Source of the DNA: Candidatus Omnitrophota bacterium
GTDB taxonomy: Bacteria > Omnitrophota > Gorgyraeia > Duberdicusellales > 4484-171
DNA length: 64,000 nt
Assembly (NCBI GenBank): GCA_021735105.1
Contig: JAIPHS010000001.1
Span: 5,484 to 69,483 of the forward strand
Direction: 5' to 3'
In this document: positions 63,824-64,000 of the stretch, in pieces
How the letters are laid out: every line of letters starts with the position of its first letter
Position numbering within the stretch: the stretch's first letter is position 1
The notes under the pieces: model-generated
Seen by the model: only the letters and a program-made list of their open reading frames with translations
The model's database searches: none
What the model was told of the DNA's origin: nothing
Made by a program: the position numbers and the translations under genes

Positions 63824-64000
63824 ATGAAAATTTGGGCAATAATCCCCGCGTATAACGAAGCTGATGATTTAGCTAAGTTTCTTGTTAAAATAAAAAAGAA
63901 AAACTTATCAATCTTGGTAGTTGATGACGGCTCAGCTGATAATACCTACCAGGTTGCTAAAAAGTATTCTGATATTGTAATAAAGAACCAGAAAAACTTT
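63824..64000 (+). CDS. GT2 glycosyltransferase, truncated by the window end (not in the ORF track)
   Basis: Manual translation MKIWAIIPAYNEADD...ILVVDDGSADNT; typical GT2 N-terminus. Confidence 0.88.
   Translation, partial: MKIWAIIPAYNEADDLAKFLVKIKKKNLSILVVDDGSADNTYQVAKKYSDIVIKNQKNF

Overview
AT-rich bacterial chromosomal segment with about 65 genes, all on the + strand and almost all housekeeping: phoH-HD-ybeY-recO, queF, apbE, panB, a purine cluster (purB, purSL, purQ, purF, purM, purD, purE), tsaC/LMW-PTP fusion-rpiB-glyA-dCMP deaminase-nrdR, two tRNA nucleotidyltransferases, recG-rsmD-coaD-rpmF-plsX-fab cluster, leuCDB-asd-truA, xerD, rbfA-nrnA-truB-ribF, a dcw cluster from mraZ to ftsA, a helical-repeat/HD-GYP pair and glycolipid genes. 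Gene order and style suggest a PVC-related lineage such as Ca. Omnitrophota (inference only). No rRNA, tRNA, CRISPR array or transposase was seen. The most unusual signal is non-coding. Operon junctions carry small structured elements: three copies of an ~88 bp hairpin with conserved arms, conserved mismatches and a variable loop; several 7-8 bp tandem arrays that overlap stop codons, some with an inverted partner arm; REP-like palindromes; and a 162 bp MITE-like element. Some of these are nested inside each other. Protein-level oddities: an FtsA with eroded ATP-binding motifs and no ftsZ after it, a secreted metallopeptidase inserted between murG and murC, a PurF without its catalytic Cys, a probable split CC-/A-adding pair and a degenerate macro-Nudix fusion. 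All calls come from reading the sequence and recognising motifs; no searches were run.
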